Virus record (IMG/VR): IMGVR_UViG_3300025673_000006
Location: 1 to 42,018 of that record
DNA length: 42,018 bases
From: a virus
Taxonomy: Duplodnaviria; Caudoviricetes
Strand: one strand, 5' to 3'
Part shown: positions 25,668 to 35,568 of the stretch, piece by piece
How positions within the stretch are numbered: position 1 is the first letter of the stretch
How the letters are laid out: the number at the start of each line of letters is the position of its first letter
Notes under the pieces: model-generated
What the model was told of the DNA's origin: nothing
What the model saw: only the letters and a program-made list of their open reading frames with translations
Database searches by the model: none
Made by a program: the position numbers and the translations under genes

Positions 25668-26117
25668 ATGCTATATCTAAAAGCAATCGACAACGTAGTA
25701 GAGCAATATCCATACTCACTAGGTCAGTTGAGAAAAGACAATTCAAATACATCATTCCCAAGACAACCGAGTTTAGCTGACCTTGCTGAGTTCGATATGT
25801 ACCCAGTGACCGAAGTAACACCGACACTGGCTGACGGTGAGAAGTTAGTCAAAGTCTGGACACCAACACTGGTATCTGGTGAGTGGATTCTGGCACACCA
25901 AGCAGTCACTAAAACAGCAGAGGATTTAGCAACAGAGTCAGAAGTCGCATGGGCGAATCTTAGAGAACAGAGAGATAAACTGTTAGCTGAAACAGATTGG
26001 ACTGCATCTACCGATGTAACCATGACTGCGGATATGACAACCTACCGCCAAGCACTCAGGGATTTACCAGCCAATACAGCAGACGTTTTTAACCCTGTGT
26101 ATCCAGTTAAACCCTAA
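25668..26117 (+). CDS. Tail fibre assembly chaperone
   Basis: YPYS...LRKDNSNTSFP; WANLREQRDKLLAETDW...YRQALRDLP...P.KP. Confidence 0.82.
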   Translation: MLYLKAIDNVVEQYPYSLGQLRKDNSNTSFPRQPSLADLAEFDMYPVTEVTPTLADGEKLVKVWTPTLVSGEWILAHQAVTKTAEDLATESEVAWANLREQRDKLLAETDWTASTDVTMTADMTTYRQALRDLPANTADVFNPVYPVKP

Positions 26118-26120
26118 CCA

Positions 26121-26402
26121 ATGGACAAGACCACCACAACCCTAGGAATTATGATGAGTGCTGGAATTTCAATTATTACCATGTCGATAGGTGCGTTGCT
26201 TTGGGCAGATGCTAGATATGTATCGGCTGAAACATTCGATGATGCACAGACTCAGACGCATCAAGAGTTCAGCAACATCAGGAAGAACGATTTGGAAGAT
26301 AAGATATTTGAACTTCAACTTCTGGACTCGCCTAGCAATTTGGATCGAGCAAAAATCGACAGATACCAACGGCAACTAGATGAGTTAATCAGGGGGAGAT
26401 AG
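26121..26402 (+). CDS. Membrane-anchored coiled-coil protein (lysis-module candidate)
   Basis: N-terminal hydrophobic helix then ADARYV and a charged helix. Confidence 0.6.
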   Translation: MDKTTTTLGIMMSAGISIITMSIGALLWADARYVSAETFDDAQTQTHQEFSNIRKNDLEDKIFELQLLDSPSNLDRAKIDRYQRQLDELIRGR

Positions 26403-26594
26403 ATGGACGAGAGGTCTTGCAGTCAAATGGAAACTACGATTAAGGTTCATAAACAGCGAATCGATGAGTTGGAAAGGACTCTCGATGACATTCATACCCA
26501 ATTGACCCAAATCAAGGGGGGGGTGTACGGGGCTTGCGGGTATGCATTAGCCTCGCAGTTGGGGTGGCTCGATGCCATCACTCTAGTGAAATGA
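26403..26594 (+). CDS. XhlA-like small protein, possible holin
   Basis: Coiled coil (HKQRIDELE) plus hydrophobic C-terminus; GGGGAG SD. Confidence 0.5.
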   Translation: MDERSCSQMETTIKVHKQRIDELERTLDDIHTQLTQIKGGVYGACGYALASQLGWLDAITLVK

Positions 26595-26707
26595 AGGAGT
26601 ACTGGGAGACTGTCGTGACTATGTTCTGGCTGATTTTCTTAGCGGCTCTTGGGAGTTCATTAGCGGTGTTTATCTTACAAGAGATTATGGGAGTGTTTTA
26701 TGTTTAA
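26591..26707 (+). CDS. 38-aa single-pass membrane peptide
   Basis: Below cutoff; ATGA overlap; MKEYWETVVTMFWLIFLAALGSSLAVFILQEIMGVFYV. Confidence 0.5.
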   Translation: MKEYWETVVTMFWLIFLAALGSSLAVFILQEIMGVFYV

Positions 26708-27068
26708 AGGGAAATTGACCGTTGAGGCGGTAGAAGGGGAAGACGCTTACATCCTGACGTCACCGATAACGTATGTGACAAACGATGGGGATGAGGTGGT
26801 AATCCCACGCGGTTTTAAAACCAACTTTGCCTCAGTCCCTGCTATCGCTAAGGTCTACGTTGATGACAATTCGCACTTCATCAGATTGCCCTCCATTACC
26901 CACGATTTTTTATATTCAAAAGAGTCTGCGTATTTAGGGTTTACCCGTAAGCAAGCAGATTTTGTGCTTTTAACGGCCATGCAAGAACAGGGGATGAGAC
27001 CAAGCAAGGCTCTCCTTATCTATTATATTTTAAGAGTCTTTGGAGGACGCAACTATGAAAAGCGTTAG
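26700..27068 (+). CDS. DUF1353 family protein
   Basis: IPRGFKTNFASVP...HDFLY...TRKQADFVL...RVFG. Confidence 0.85.
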   Translation: MFKGKLTVEAVEGEDAYILTSPITYVTNDGDEVVIPRGFKTNFASVPAIAKVYVDDNSHFIRLPSITHDFLYSKESAYLGFTRKQADFVLLTAMQEQGMRPSKALLIYYILRVFGGRNYEKR

Positions 27069-27279
27069 TTTACTACTGTGCTTAGTTTTTTTAACGGGGT
27101 GTTCTGTCACACAAACTATTGCAGGGAAGGCCGCGAATTTCGCGGTTAGTTCTTATTGCAAAATACCAAGTGGCACTCTTGGGAGAAAGGGCATCAGAAA
27201 GTCTTTTAATGAAGCGGCATCCCCAAACACAGTTTTAATTGAATGCTCTTCAGACAAGGAGTCAGAAAGTGGCAACTAA
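27055..27279 (+). CDS. Lipoprotein (o-spanin-like position)
   Basis: MKSVSLLLCLVFLTGC lipobox; GGAGG SD. Confidence 0.7.
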   Translation: MKSVSLLLCLVFLTGCSVTQTIAGKAANFAVSSYCKIPSGTLGRKGIRKSFNEAASPNTVLIECSSDKESESGN

Positions 27280-28441
27280 TACACAGTTAAATTACGGGGT
27301 CGGCAATAACACTGGCGGATTGTTAAATTATACTCAGCCAACAGGTATACAACCGCTACCCTCCCTTGGGACGTTGCAGACATCAGGCACACAGGCCGCT
27401 ACCGTTCAGGGTCAGATGACAAATCTGATGCAGAATGATAACCCGTTAATGCAGAGAGCGCAGACTAGGGCATCTCAAGCGGCAAACAAACGTGGGTTGT
27501 TGAACTCCAGTATGGGGGTTCAAGCGGGTCAAGAGGCGGCTTTATCTGCCGCGTTACCTATTGCTCAAGCAGACGCACAGGCTTATCAGACCCAAGGATT
27601 AGCTAACCAAAATGCCATGAACACATTTGGTACTGCGTCACAAGCTCAGGGGTTTAAGAAAGATTTAGCAAATCAGACGTACCAACAACAAACAGGAACT
27701 GGTATTTACGGGACTCCCCCTGCTGGCGCGACTGAGGCAGAGAAACAAGCCTTTATAGGGGGTGGTGGATTAATTACATCTCAAGGAAGCGACCAGAGAC
27801 TAACTACAGCCCAGCAACAAGCCGCTGATACAGCTAGAGCTAAAGCCGCTTACGAACAGCAAGTAGGAACTGGGGTTTACTCTGCCACAGGTGATACCAC
27901 TGACCCAAATAGAGTGGGCGGTGGAGGTATTCTACAGACCCAAGCGGACATAGCTACCACAGCAAGAGATCAGGTTTACAACCAGACTTTAGGCACTGGC
28001 GAATACGCCAATGCAATAATTGACCCTACAACTGGGGAGGTCACAACAGCCGCTGGTACGGTAGGGGGCGGTGGCACAATAACAGCTAAGAACGATGCGC
28101 TCCTGAAAACACAGGATGATGTTCAGTTGCACGAAACCGCTATGAAGGGGTTAGATGAAAGTATGCGTGGGAACTTGTTGACTTTAGAGTCAAACTTCAA
28201 CTCCTTAGCACAGACCTCCCGATCTGCATCCACGATCTACTCATCGTTTCTTGCGGCCCTTGTGACTATACAGCAAGATTCTAGTTTATCGGATACGGAT
28301 AAGACCACGGTTATCGATCAAGTTTGGGGGAAAGCTGAAGACTCAATAGAAGTTCTATTAGCATTTGACTCTGCGGCTCTAGGTGTCCAACAGCAGGTTT
28401 CAGATTTACAGTATAACGCACCAGCACCAGTAGGGGCATAA
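27269..28441 (+). CDS. Internal virion / DNA ejection protein
   Basis: GTG 27269 with AAGGAG SD; Q/A/G/T-rich; ANKRGLLNSSM...ALPIAQADA motif. Confidence 0.65.
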   Translation: MATNTQLNYGVGNNTGGLLNYTQPTGIQPLPSLGTLQTSGTQAATVQGQMTNLMQNDNPLMQRAQTRASQAANKRGLLNSSMGVQAGQEAALSAALPIAQADAQAYQTQGLANQNAMNTFGTASQAQGFKKDLANQTYQQQTGTGIYGTPPAGATEAEKQAFIGGGGLITSQGSDQRLTTAQQQAADTARAKAAYEQQVGTGVYSATGDTTDPNRVGGGGILQTQADIATTARDQVYNQTLGTGEYANAIIDPTTGEVTTAAGTVGGGGTITAKNDALLKTQDDVQLHETAMKGLDESMRGNLLTLESNFNSLAQTSRSASTIYSSFLAALVTIQQDSSLSDTDKTTVIDQVWGKAEDSIEVLLAFDSAALGVQQQVSDLQYNAPAPVGA

Positions 28442-28445
28442 CAGT

Positions 28446-31400
28446 ATGATCAGTTTTAGCTGGCATTTGAATGGGGGGTACGATCCTAGCAGTGGGTGGG
28501 AGATCAATTGGAGGCTTGGGGCCAGTTCTGATTTTGGGAAAAAATTAACTTCACCTACCCAGAAACCCCGCGCTTTTGCCGCTAAGGTTCGTGAGGATAT
28601 CTGGACATCAACAGACGAAGACGGTAATGTTATTGATGACTACGCAGACTTTTGGAAGGATGTAGACTTAGAAACTGGTGAGTATAAAGGGACTGATCCT
28701 CGATGGGAGCCGCAAGAGTTTCAAGAGTTCTGGGGGGATGTTGATTTAGAATATGGTATGTACACGGGTCATGACTTGAGGTGGCTCGCTGGTGCCGCTA
28801 GTGGTGGTCGCTACTCATGGAACCAAATTGTGGAGTATGTACACTGGTCACGGGAGAAGGGTGCCAGTTCCACTAGCATCTTAACTGGTTTAGAGGATCA
28901 TATAGAGGGGGTTTCGGAAACAGCGGGGGGCGTCCCAGCCCATAGCATCATTGCGGCCCTTTACAATATTCCAAACGATAAAGAGTCTGTTGCCACTTTT
29001 ATGAAGGGTAACGCTGAGTTCTGGGGTCACTACTCCAAAGAGAAAGGCACCTTCAGTAAACTAGGGACTGATCTGTACGGTAAGCCTTTGGTCACGGCAA
29101 CCTTTGATGCTAACGCGTTAGCGGATGAGTTCGGAAATACATATACATACACTAACCCTGACGGTAGCCTCTTCTCTGGGGTTCTCCTAGACGGGGGTCA
29201 ACGTGTATTTAAGGGGAACATTGGCTACCTTCCTAATACAGAGAGGGTAGAAGCCCCATATTCGCGTTGGATTAATGGGGTTTTCTACAAAAAGGGTCAG
29301 TTGATATCAACGACATTGCAACCTAACTACTTTACCACGCTCCTTCCCTTCACCACAGCAGAGAAAGTTGCCCTATTGAAAGGGGGTACTACTGATCCAT
29401 GGTACGCATCTATAAATAAGCTTGTGTCTAACTCAAAGGCTGGTATACAAGGCCAGCTTTACGGTTCCGATGGTATGGACTTGTCTCTAGGTGATTATAT
29501 TGCGGCACAACAGGATGTTGGGTACTCCACTAATGCTATTATGTCGAGGTTGGGCCAATCTGGGATTAGCACTCAAGCAGTCGGAGAGTACTATGGTATT
29601 GAAGCCGCAGAGGTCTCTAATTTCTTAACTGGCAACGCAGAGTTCTGGGGTAGATATGATAAAGCAACGGGACGCATTGACTACACAGATATTGGTGAGG
29701 ATTACCTCCCTAACTTAGGAGGCCTTAACGAGAATTATGAATTAACAGGTGAGTTAGTCACGAACTTTGACGAGACTGCATTTTCTGGGATTCTCCCCAA
29801 CGGTCAGGTTGTCTCCAACGGGGTTTTTGCAGGTCAAGACTCTAACTTCTCCCCTATTTCAGACGCCCCCCCAGAACTCGCTAAAAGCATCGTAGGGAAT
29901 ACTGCGACTACCCCTGATCCTGATCCCCCTACCACCTATGACCACCTCTTCGCTGGGGATGGGTACTTAAACCCAGCGGGGCAACAGTTCATAGCTAACG
30001 CAATAGATGCCTCCCAGAGGGCAGATGAGTTGACCACGGCTCAGATTCTAGACATCACTACCGCGCATGGGTTTACCAACGACATTATCGCGGAGATGTA
30101 CAACATAGATTCCTCTGAGTTGGAAAACTTCCTAACAGAGAACGCGATTTTTTGGTCACACTTCGACAGTGCCACTGGGGAATTTATATATGACAGCCCA
30201 GAGGTCAGTAAATACCTCCCTGTTTTAACAGGTCTCGATTCTGAGGGTAATTCCACTGGTGAGTTAGTTAGGTACGGCAACTTGGGTGGGGGGTTTGAAA
30301 AAGAGAAACTATTCACAGGGCAACTGCATAACGGGGATGTCTACAACGAAGGTAAGTGGGTTGCTAAAGACAATAACCTTATTCCCAGCGGTATCGCTAG
30401 TTCTCTGCTTAACAACATACCAGTAGTTAATATAGTAACTAGTCTAGTTGAGGCTGGGTACGACTTCGTGTACACAAACGGCATGGAACCCCTGTCCCTA
30501 AGCAATGTCGGTACGATTACTGAGGCGAGTAACCTCATTAAGAATATCGTCAACGCTGGGTTAGTAGAGGCACCTATAGCCCAATTAGCCTCTGGGATAG
30601 CGACTGGGGAAAGTATAGGTCAGCTAGTCCAGAACGCTTTCTTCCACGGCAAGGCTGGTGTTATTGATACCGCAGATGCGTGGATGGATCAGTTAACAAG
30701 CCAGAGTATTATAGAGACTGTAAGTGCTCTAGCTACTCAGGTCACTGGTCTGCCAGTGGATTCCGCGCTAGATGCGGTGGTTGGGTATCTACAATCAGAC
30801 ACCCACACTACAAATCCATTCGCACTTTCATCCACAGACACTACTTCCAATTTCACGAAGCAAGGTGACCTGCTCACCCCTTACATTCTAGAGGCTTACA
30901 ATTCCTCCTTTGGCACAAAACTCTCTACAAGCGATGTGAAGAGAGTCCAGCATGAGGATGGGACGTACAGCCTTGAGCTTAAAACACCAAAGAAATTGGA
31001 AGACCCTACTTTTTATAATTCTGTTGATGGGTTTATGGGGCCGTCCAGTTCTATACAAGCTACCGATGCCAGTATTACTTGGCAATCTGGGGATGATCTC
31101 TTCCAAGCGATCACTGATTCTCAAGGGGTAGGGTACGTGGTTAAGTTTGATAAAGATGGGAACTCGTCAAACGTCCTAGCCCTAGTAAAAAGTAAACGGG
31201 GGCCGTCCGCTGAAATGGACGGTACTATAGATGTGTTTGAGACTGACGCAGACGGTAGGTATACAGTGAACCTGTCCTCCTACGACCACGGATCGGTTGC
31301 GACTCTGGGGGAGGCTGGTGCAAATTGGAACGTTACAAATCTAGGTAACTTAAACGAGTATATGCAGACCGCGTTTGGGGTAGTAGGCGGGGTTATACAG

Positions 31401-33551
31401 CTAGATACACTAAGTATGTCACCTGAGTGGCCGTATTTCCCCCCAGACTTAACCCCATCCACAACCATCATTCACCATGACGGGACAGTAACAATTAACG
31501 GGGAACATTACAATGAGCTAATCAATGTAAATCTTTCTAATGTGATTTCCACACCCGACCCCACACCCGACCCCACACCCGACCCCACACCCGACCCCAA
31601 GTCCATCGAAATAAACCAAGCTTGGGTTAATGAGCAGATAGAAAAGGAGAACCTTCAAGGGGTTTATGACGAGATAAAAAGTCAAGAAAAGACTGCGGCA
31701 GAAATCTCAAAACAGATAGTAAACCCAGACACTGGCGAGTCAACCTTCACACCACAAGCGTTAGCGAATTGGTTTCGGGCTATGGATGCTCTTGATCCTA
31801 ATAACCCAGCGTATGATTACATTGGTAAAGCTGATTTGTTATCGTTGTATGATACTGGGTTTGATACTAGTGGATTCAATGAAGCTGGATTCAATGAAGC
31901 TGGATTCAATGAAGCTGGATTCAATGAAGCTGGATTCAATTTAAAAGGATTCAATGAAGCTGGATTCAATGAAGCTGGATTCGATAAAGATGGATTCAAT
32001 GAAGCTGGAGTTGATAGACTTGGGAATAAAAAACTTTTCGATGAGGACGGATTCGATAAAGATGGATTCAATTTAAAAGGATTCAATGAAGCTGGATTCA
32101 ATGAAGCTGGATTCAATGAAGCTGGATTCAATGAAGCTGGATTCAATTTAAAAGGATTCAATGAAGCTGGATTCAATTTAAAAGGATTCAATGAAGCTGG
32201 ATTCAATTTAAAAGGATTCAATGAAGCTGGATTCAATTTAAAAGGATTCAATGAAGCTGGATTCAATGAAGCTGGATTCAATGAAGCTGGATTCAATGAA
32301 GCTGGATTCAATTTAAAAGGGTTCAATGAATTTGGATTAGATAAAGACGGGAATAAAGAACAAGCCCCAGATACCCCAGATACCCCAGATACCCCAGATA
32401 CCCCAGATACCACAGATACCACAGGAACCTTCGACTTTGCCGCATATGAGGCACGGCTATCCAATAAAATTACCAGTACCATAACCGCGGCATTAAAAGG
32501 GGTGACTTCAGGCGGTGTGACTAATATTGATAACCGTGTAACTAACATCGATCAATCTACTGATTTCGACTTCTCTGATTATATGACAACCATAGGGGGT
32601 AGGTTCACTGGTGTAGACACTGGGATTACTGAGGTTGGCGGAAAAGTAGATGCTGTTGGCGGAAAAGTAGATGCTGTTGGCGGAAAAGTAGATGCTGTTG
32701 GCGGAAAAGTAGATGCTGTTGGCGGAAAAGTAGATGCTGTTGGTGGCAAAGTAGATGCTGTTGGTACACAAGTAGCAGGTGTCAACACTAACGTAAACCG
32801 TGTTGGTGGTCTCGTAGCAGGTGTTGGTACACAAGTAGCAGGTGTTAGTAGTCAAGTAACAGGTGTTAGTAATCAAGTAACAGGTGTTAGTAATCAAGTA
32901 ACAGGTGTCAACACTAACGTAAACCGCGTTGGTGGTCTCGTAGCAGGGGTTGGTCAACAAGTAACGGGTGTCAGCAATCAAGTAACAGGCGTAGACACAA
33001 ACCTATCGGGCCTTATAGCTGGTACGAAATATGGTGATGGTGGCTTCAATGTGTACGGGTATGATGCCCGTGGTTACGATGCAAATCACTTCGATAAAGA
33101 CGGTAACTTTGACCCTACTGCCTATACTGACATAGGGAGTATTGCTGATACGGAAGGCCAGTACAGCAGAGGTACAGGGGTTCACAATGACAAATACTGG
33201 GTAGGGGGTTCAGATGTAGCCAATGTGGCAAACACCCCAACCTACAACCCATCCGTCTCAGGGTTCAACTTTGAGGAGGACGCCTCGAAGTTAGTTGGTA
33301 ATGTCACCTCTCCACGGTACAACGCTGACCCCTACAACACTCTTGACACAGACACTGATGCTTACGATGTGGGTCGGACGAGTCGTTACAACCCTACAGT
33401 TTCATCTGCAACACCAGCAGACTCCAGCAACTTTATCACCCCAGTTAACTCTGCCAACAATGCGAAACGCTACACCATTGATGCGGCAAAAGCCGCTACT
33501 GCTGGGGTAAAAGCCGCACAAGGACAATTTAACTTTGACGAAGCTATCTAG
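28446..33551 (+). CDS. 1701-aa multi-repeat protein of unknown function, probably virion-associated
   Basis: Long ORF in structural operon; three NA[EI]FW domains, TPDP and PDT linkers, GFNEA array, heptad repeats. Confidence 0.75.
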   Translation: MISFSWHLNGGYDPSSGWEINWRLGASSDFGKKLTSPTQKPRAFAAKVREDIWTSTDEDGNVIDDYADFWKDVDLETGEYKGTDPRWEPQEFQEFWGDVDLEYGMYTGHDLRWLAGAASGGRYSWNQIVEYVHWSREKGASSTSILTGLEDHIEGVSETAGGVPAHSIIAALYNIPNDKESVATFMKGNAEFWGHYSKEKGTFSKLGTDLYGKPLVTATFDANALADEFGNTYTYTNPDGSLFSGVLLDGGQRVFKGNIGYLPNTERVEAPYSRWINGVFYKKGQLISTTLQPNYFTTLLPFTTAEKVALLKGGTTDPWYASINKLVSNSKAGIQGQLYGSDGMDLSLGDYIAAQQDVGYSTNAIMSRLGQSGISTQAVGEYYGIEAAEVSNFLTGNAEFWGRYDKATGRIDYTDIGEDYLPNLGGLNENYELTGELVTNFDETAFSGILPNGQVVSNGVFAGQDSNFSPISDAPPELAKSIVGNTATTPDPDPPTTYDHLFAGDGYLNPAGQQFIANAIDASQRADELTTAQILDITTAHGFTNDIIAEMYNIDSSELENFLTENAIFWSHFDSATGEFIYDSPEVSKYLPVLTGLDSEGNSTGELVRYGNLGGGFEKEKLFTGQLHNGDVYNEGKWVAKDNNLIPSGIASSLLNNIPVVNIVTSLVEAGYDFVYTNGMEPLSLSNVGTITEASNLIKNIVNAGLVEAPIAQLASGIATGESIGQLVQNAFFHGKAGVIDTADAWMDQLTSQSIIETVSALATQVTGLPVDSALDAVVGYLQSDTHTTNPFALSSTDTTSNFTKQGDLLTPYILEAYNSSFGTKLSTSDVKRVQHEDGTYSLELKTPKKLEDPTFYNSVDGFMGPSSSIQATDASITWQSGDDLFQAITDSQGVGYVVKFDKDGNSSNVLALVKSKRGPSAEMDGTIDVFETDADGRYTVNLSSYDHGSVATLGEAGANWNVTNLGNLNEYMQTAFGVVGGVIQLDTLSMSPEWPYFPPDLTPSTTIIHHDGTVTINGEHYNELINVNLSNVISTPDPTPDPTPDPTPDPKSIEINQAWVNEQIEKENLQGVYDEIKSQEKTAAEISKQIVNPDTGESTFTPQALANWFRAMDALDPNNPAYDYIGKADLLSLYDTGFDTSGFNEAGFNEAGFNEAGFNEAGFNLKGFNEAGFNEAGFDKDGFNEAGVDRLGNKKLFDEDGFDKDGFNLKGFNEAGFNEAGFNEAGFNEAGFNLKGFNEAGFNLKGFNEAGFNLKGFNEAGFNLKGFNEAGFNEAGFNEAGFNEAGFNLKGFNEFGLDKDGNKEQAPDTPDTPDTPDTPDTTDTTGTFDFAAYEARLSNKITSTITAALKGVTSGGVTNIDNRVTNIDQSTDFDFSDYMTTIGGRFTGVDTGITEVGGKVDAVGGKVDAVGGKVDAVGGKVDAVGGKVDAVGGKVDAVGTQVAGVNTNVNRVGGLVAGVGTQVAGVSSQVTGVSNQVTGVSNQVTGVNTNVNRVGGLVAGVGQQVTGVSNQVTGVDTNLSGLIAGTKYGDGGFNVYGYDARGYDANHFDKDGNFDPTAYTDIGSIADTEGQYSRGTGVHNDKYWVGGSDVANVANTPTYNPSVSGFNFEEDASKLVGNVTSPRYNADPYNTLDTDTDAYDVGRTSRYNPTVSSATPADSSNFITPVNSANNAKRYTIDAAKAATAGVKAAQGQFNFDEAI
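31551..31598 (+). repeat. 12-bp tandem repeat x4 (TPDP)
   Basis: ACACCCGACCCC four exact copies. Confidence 0.95.
31872..32350 (+). repeat. 15-bp coding minisatellite (GFNEA/GFNLK/GFDKD)
   Basis: Units GGATTCAATGAAGCT, GGATTCAATTTAAAA and GGATTCGATAAAGAT in two blocks, roughly 27 units. Confidence 0.95.
32367..32420 (+). repeat. 9-bp tandem repeat (PDT/TDT)
   Basis: CCAGATACC x4 then ACAGATACC-type copies. Confidence 0.9.
32633..32990 (+). repeat. 21-bp heptad repeats (VGGKVDA, VTGVSNQ)
   Basis: GTTGGCGGAAAAGTAGATGCT x5 plus a variant, then GTAACAGGTGTTAGTAATCAA-type units and a duplicated VNTNVNRVGGLVAGVG. Confidence 0.92.
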
Positions 33552-33966
33552 ACAGGCAACATTAAAAGACTTACCAGCAGTAGTGAACATAGCCCTCACT
33601 GAGGCAGAGAAGTTCCCTGTAAAGCCAGATAAGGGGAAGATCAAGCAGTTAGTCACAGAGTCGATATCAACGAAGTCCAACGTCTGCTTGGTCTCTGAGG
33701 AAGAGGGTAAGGTGACAGGGGCTTTGGTGGCTATTTCCCATCAAGGGCTTTGGTTTGAACGGAAACATTTATCAATTTTACTCCTGACCACCACGACAAA
33801 AGGAGCGGGGGTATCAATGTTGAGAGAGGTACTTGCGCGGGTGAAGACAAGTGGGGCGATTAAGGTAGTCACGACTGACTTCATTGTCCCTCCACGCATG
33901 GCAGTTTTATTAACACGACTTGGGCTGAGTCCCACAACCACACACACATTTTTTAAAGGACAGTAA
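33535..33966 (+). CDS. GNAT-fold protein of the ejection module
   Basis: RQATLKDLPAV...CLVSEEEGKVTGALVA...AGVSML...RLG; TTG start with AAGGA SD. Confidence 0.65.
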   Translation: MTKLSRQATLKDLPAVVNIALTEAEKFPVKPDKGKIKQLVTESISTKSNVCLVSEEEGKVTGALVAISHQGLWFERKHLSILLLTTTTKGAGVSMLREVLARVKTSGAIKVVTTDFIVPPRMAVLLTRLGLSPTTTHTFFKGQ

Positions 33967-33968
33967 TC

Positions 33969-34979
33969 ATGGGATTTTTCGGCAAGTTATGGAAAGGAAC
34001 TAAGAACATCTTTTCTGGAATCGGCAACTTTGTTAAGTCAGCAGTCAGCGGCAAGAACTGGTGGAAGACTGCCATCGTTGGCGCGACAGCTTATTTTGGT
34101 GGTGCGGCCTTGGGGTATTGGAACTCTCCCGTGGTCTCCAGTATCAATGGGGCTTGGGCAGGGGACATACAGGATGGAACTGATACTCGTAAAGGGGGTT
34201 GGTTTGGTGAGATGTTTGGGGCTAACAGAAATGACACTAGAGCCAAGACTTATGGTTTGGGTGAGGATGAGCCTCCAATGGCAGAAGAGTGGTTGGGTGG
34301 GTCTGGGGCCACAGCCCCTTCCCCATCCATAGGCAACCCCAACGGGGGGTTGATGGAATACAACGCAGACAACTATAAAGACATCAGTGGTAAGTTCGAT
34401 GACCTACCCCCAGTTCCGAGGGGATCGTCTGCTTTCGCTGGGCAGATAGGTGATCGGGTCAATGACCCTGCATCTGGTGGAGCTAAGACCTTTGCACTAG
34501 GTGAAAGAAAACCTCTTCTTGGGGCAGAGAAAACACCAATGAGCAACCTAACTACTGGCGGAGGTGGGTTGATTAAGGATGCGGTAGCGGTTGCTGGTAA
34601 ACCTAACATAGCCCCACCGCCCGCAGAGAAAAGCACGGGTACTGGGATGCTAGGAGCGGTCTGGGATGACTTGGGTAAACACGACCAACTAGCGGCAGTC
34701 GGACTGTCAGCCATCGGGGGTGCGTTTGAAGATAAACAGCAAGACGCCTACGAGACTGCGAAAGGTACTCTACAGGGAAGACAGGATATGAATAGAGTGG
34801 GGTCTGTTCCTACAGGAAGTCGCTTTGGATCAACAGCCTCCGCGTCCGTTAAGCAAACGAAACCTTCATCAGAGGTTGAGATGGAGAAGTTGCGTCAAAG
34901 CATGACTCCAGAACAATGGGCTGAGTACACGAAGCAAATGCAACTGAGGGGACAACAGACTCCTTCTCGCGTAGTTTAA
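33969..34979 (+). CDS. DNA ejection (pilot) protein
   Basis: Amphipathic MGFFGKLWKG N-terminus, hydrophobic segment, Gly-rich; follows GNAT gene. Confidence 0.62.
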   Translation: MGFFGKLWKGTKNIFSGIGNFVKSAVSGKNWWKTAIVGATAYFGGAALGYWNSPVVSSINGAWAGDIQDGTDTRKGGWFGEMFGANRNDTRAKTYGLGEDEPPMAEEWLGGSGATAPSPSIGNPNGGLMEYNADNYKDISGKFDDLPPVPRGSSAFAGQIGDRVNDPASGGAKTFALGERKPLLGAEKTPMSNLTTGGGGLIKDAVAVAGKPNIAPPPAEKSTGTGMLGAVWDDLGKHDQLAAVGLSAIGGAFEDKQQDAYETAKGTLQGRQDMNRVGSVPTGSRFGSTASASVKQTKPSSEVEMEKLRQSMTPEQWAEYTKQMQLRGQQTPSRVV

Positions 34980-34992
34980 CAAGGAGACTAAG

Positions 34993-35568
34993 ATGCCAGA
35001 AGTAAATGGAAAACAATTCCCGTATGACGAGCAAGGACTTATCGCGGCAGAACAAGAACGACAAGGATCACCCCAGCCAGAGCAAGGGGATGGTGAGTTA
35101 GCGCAGTATGTTGAGTTAGCCAATCAGTTACTCCAGACCCCAGAGATCGCTCAGAGTCTCGTAAAACTGGGAGGAAATAATACAGATTCTGTGGAAGGTA
35201 TGGCTGACATGATTAGTATGACAGTTATTAAGGTTGACGAGAAGACAGGGGATGCAATCCCAGAAGAGATGGTCTTACCCCTCACTGAGCAAGTAGTTGT
35301 TATGATTGAGGAGTTGATTTTTGAAGCCTCTGGAACCCCTGTACCTGAGAAAGCAATCATCAAAGCTAGTCAGATATCAGTAGCAAAACTGATGGAGCAT
35401 TACGGTGTTAGTGAAGAGCATATTGCTAATGCACTGAAGGGTGAAGACCCTGAGAGAGTACGGGCCGTCAAAGACGAGACTGAGAAATCCATGGCCTCAA
35501 AACCTCAAGGTCAACCACCTCAAGGTCAACCACCTCAAGGTCAACCACCTCAAGGAGTCCAGAGATGA
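34993..35568 (+). CDS. Hypothetical acidic protein
   Basis: AAGGAG SD; MPEVNGKQFPY N-terminus; PQGQP x3 (15-bp repeat at about 35503-35555). Confidence 0.7.
   Translation: MPEVNGKQFPYDEQGLIAAEQERQGSPQPEQGDGELAQYVELANQLLQTPEIAQSLVKLGGNNTDSVEGMADMISMTVIKVDEKTGDAIPEEMVLPLTEQVVVMIEELIFEASGTPVPEKAIIKASQISVAKLMEHYGVSEEHIANALKGEDPERVRAVKDETEKSMASKPQGQPPQGQPPQGQPPQGVQR

Noticed and set aside
31817-32981. Minus-strand ORFs of 243 and 157 aa
   Set aside because: Antisense shadows of stop-free tandem repeats.
31872-32990. CRISPR array
   Set aside because: Units are contiguous 15- or 21-bp in-frame coding repeats with no unique spacers; no cas genes.
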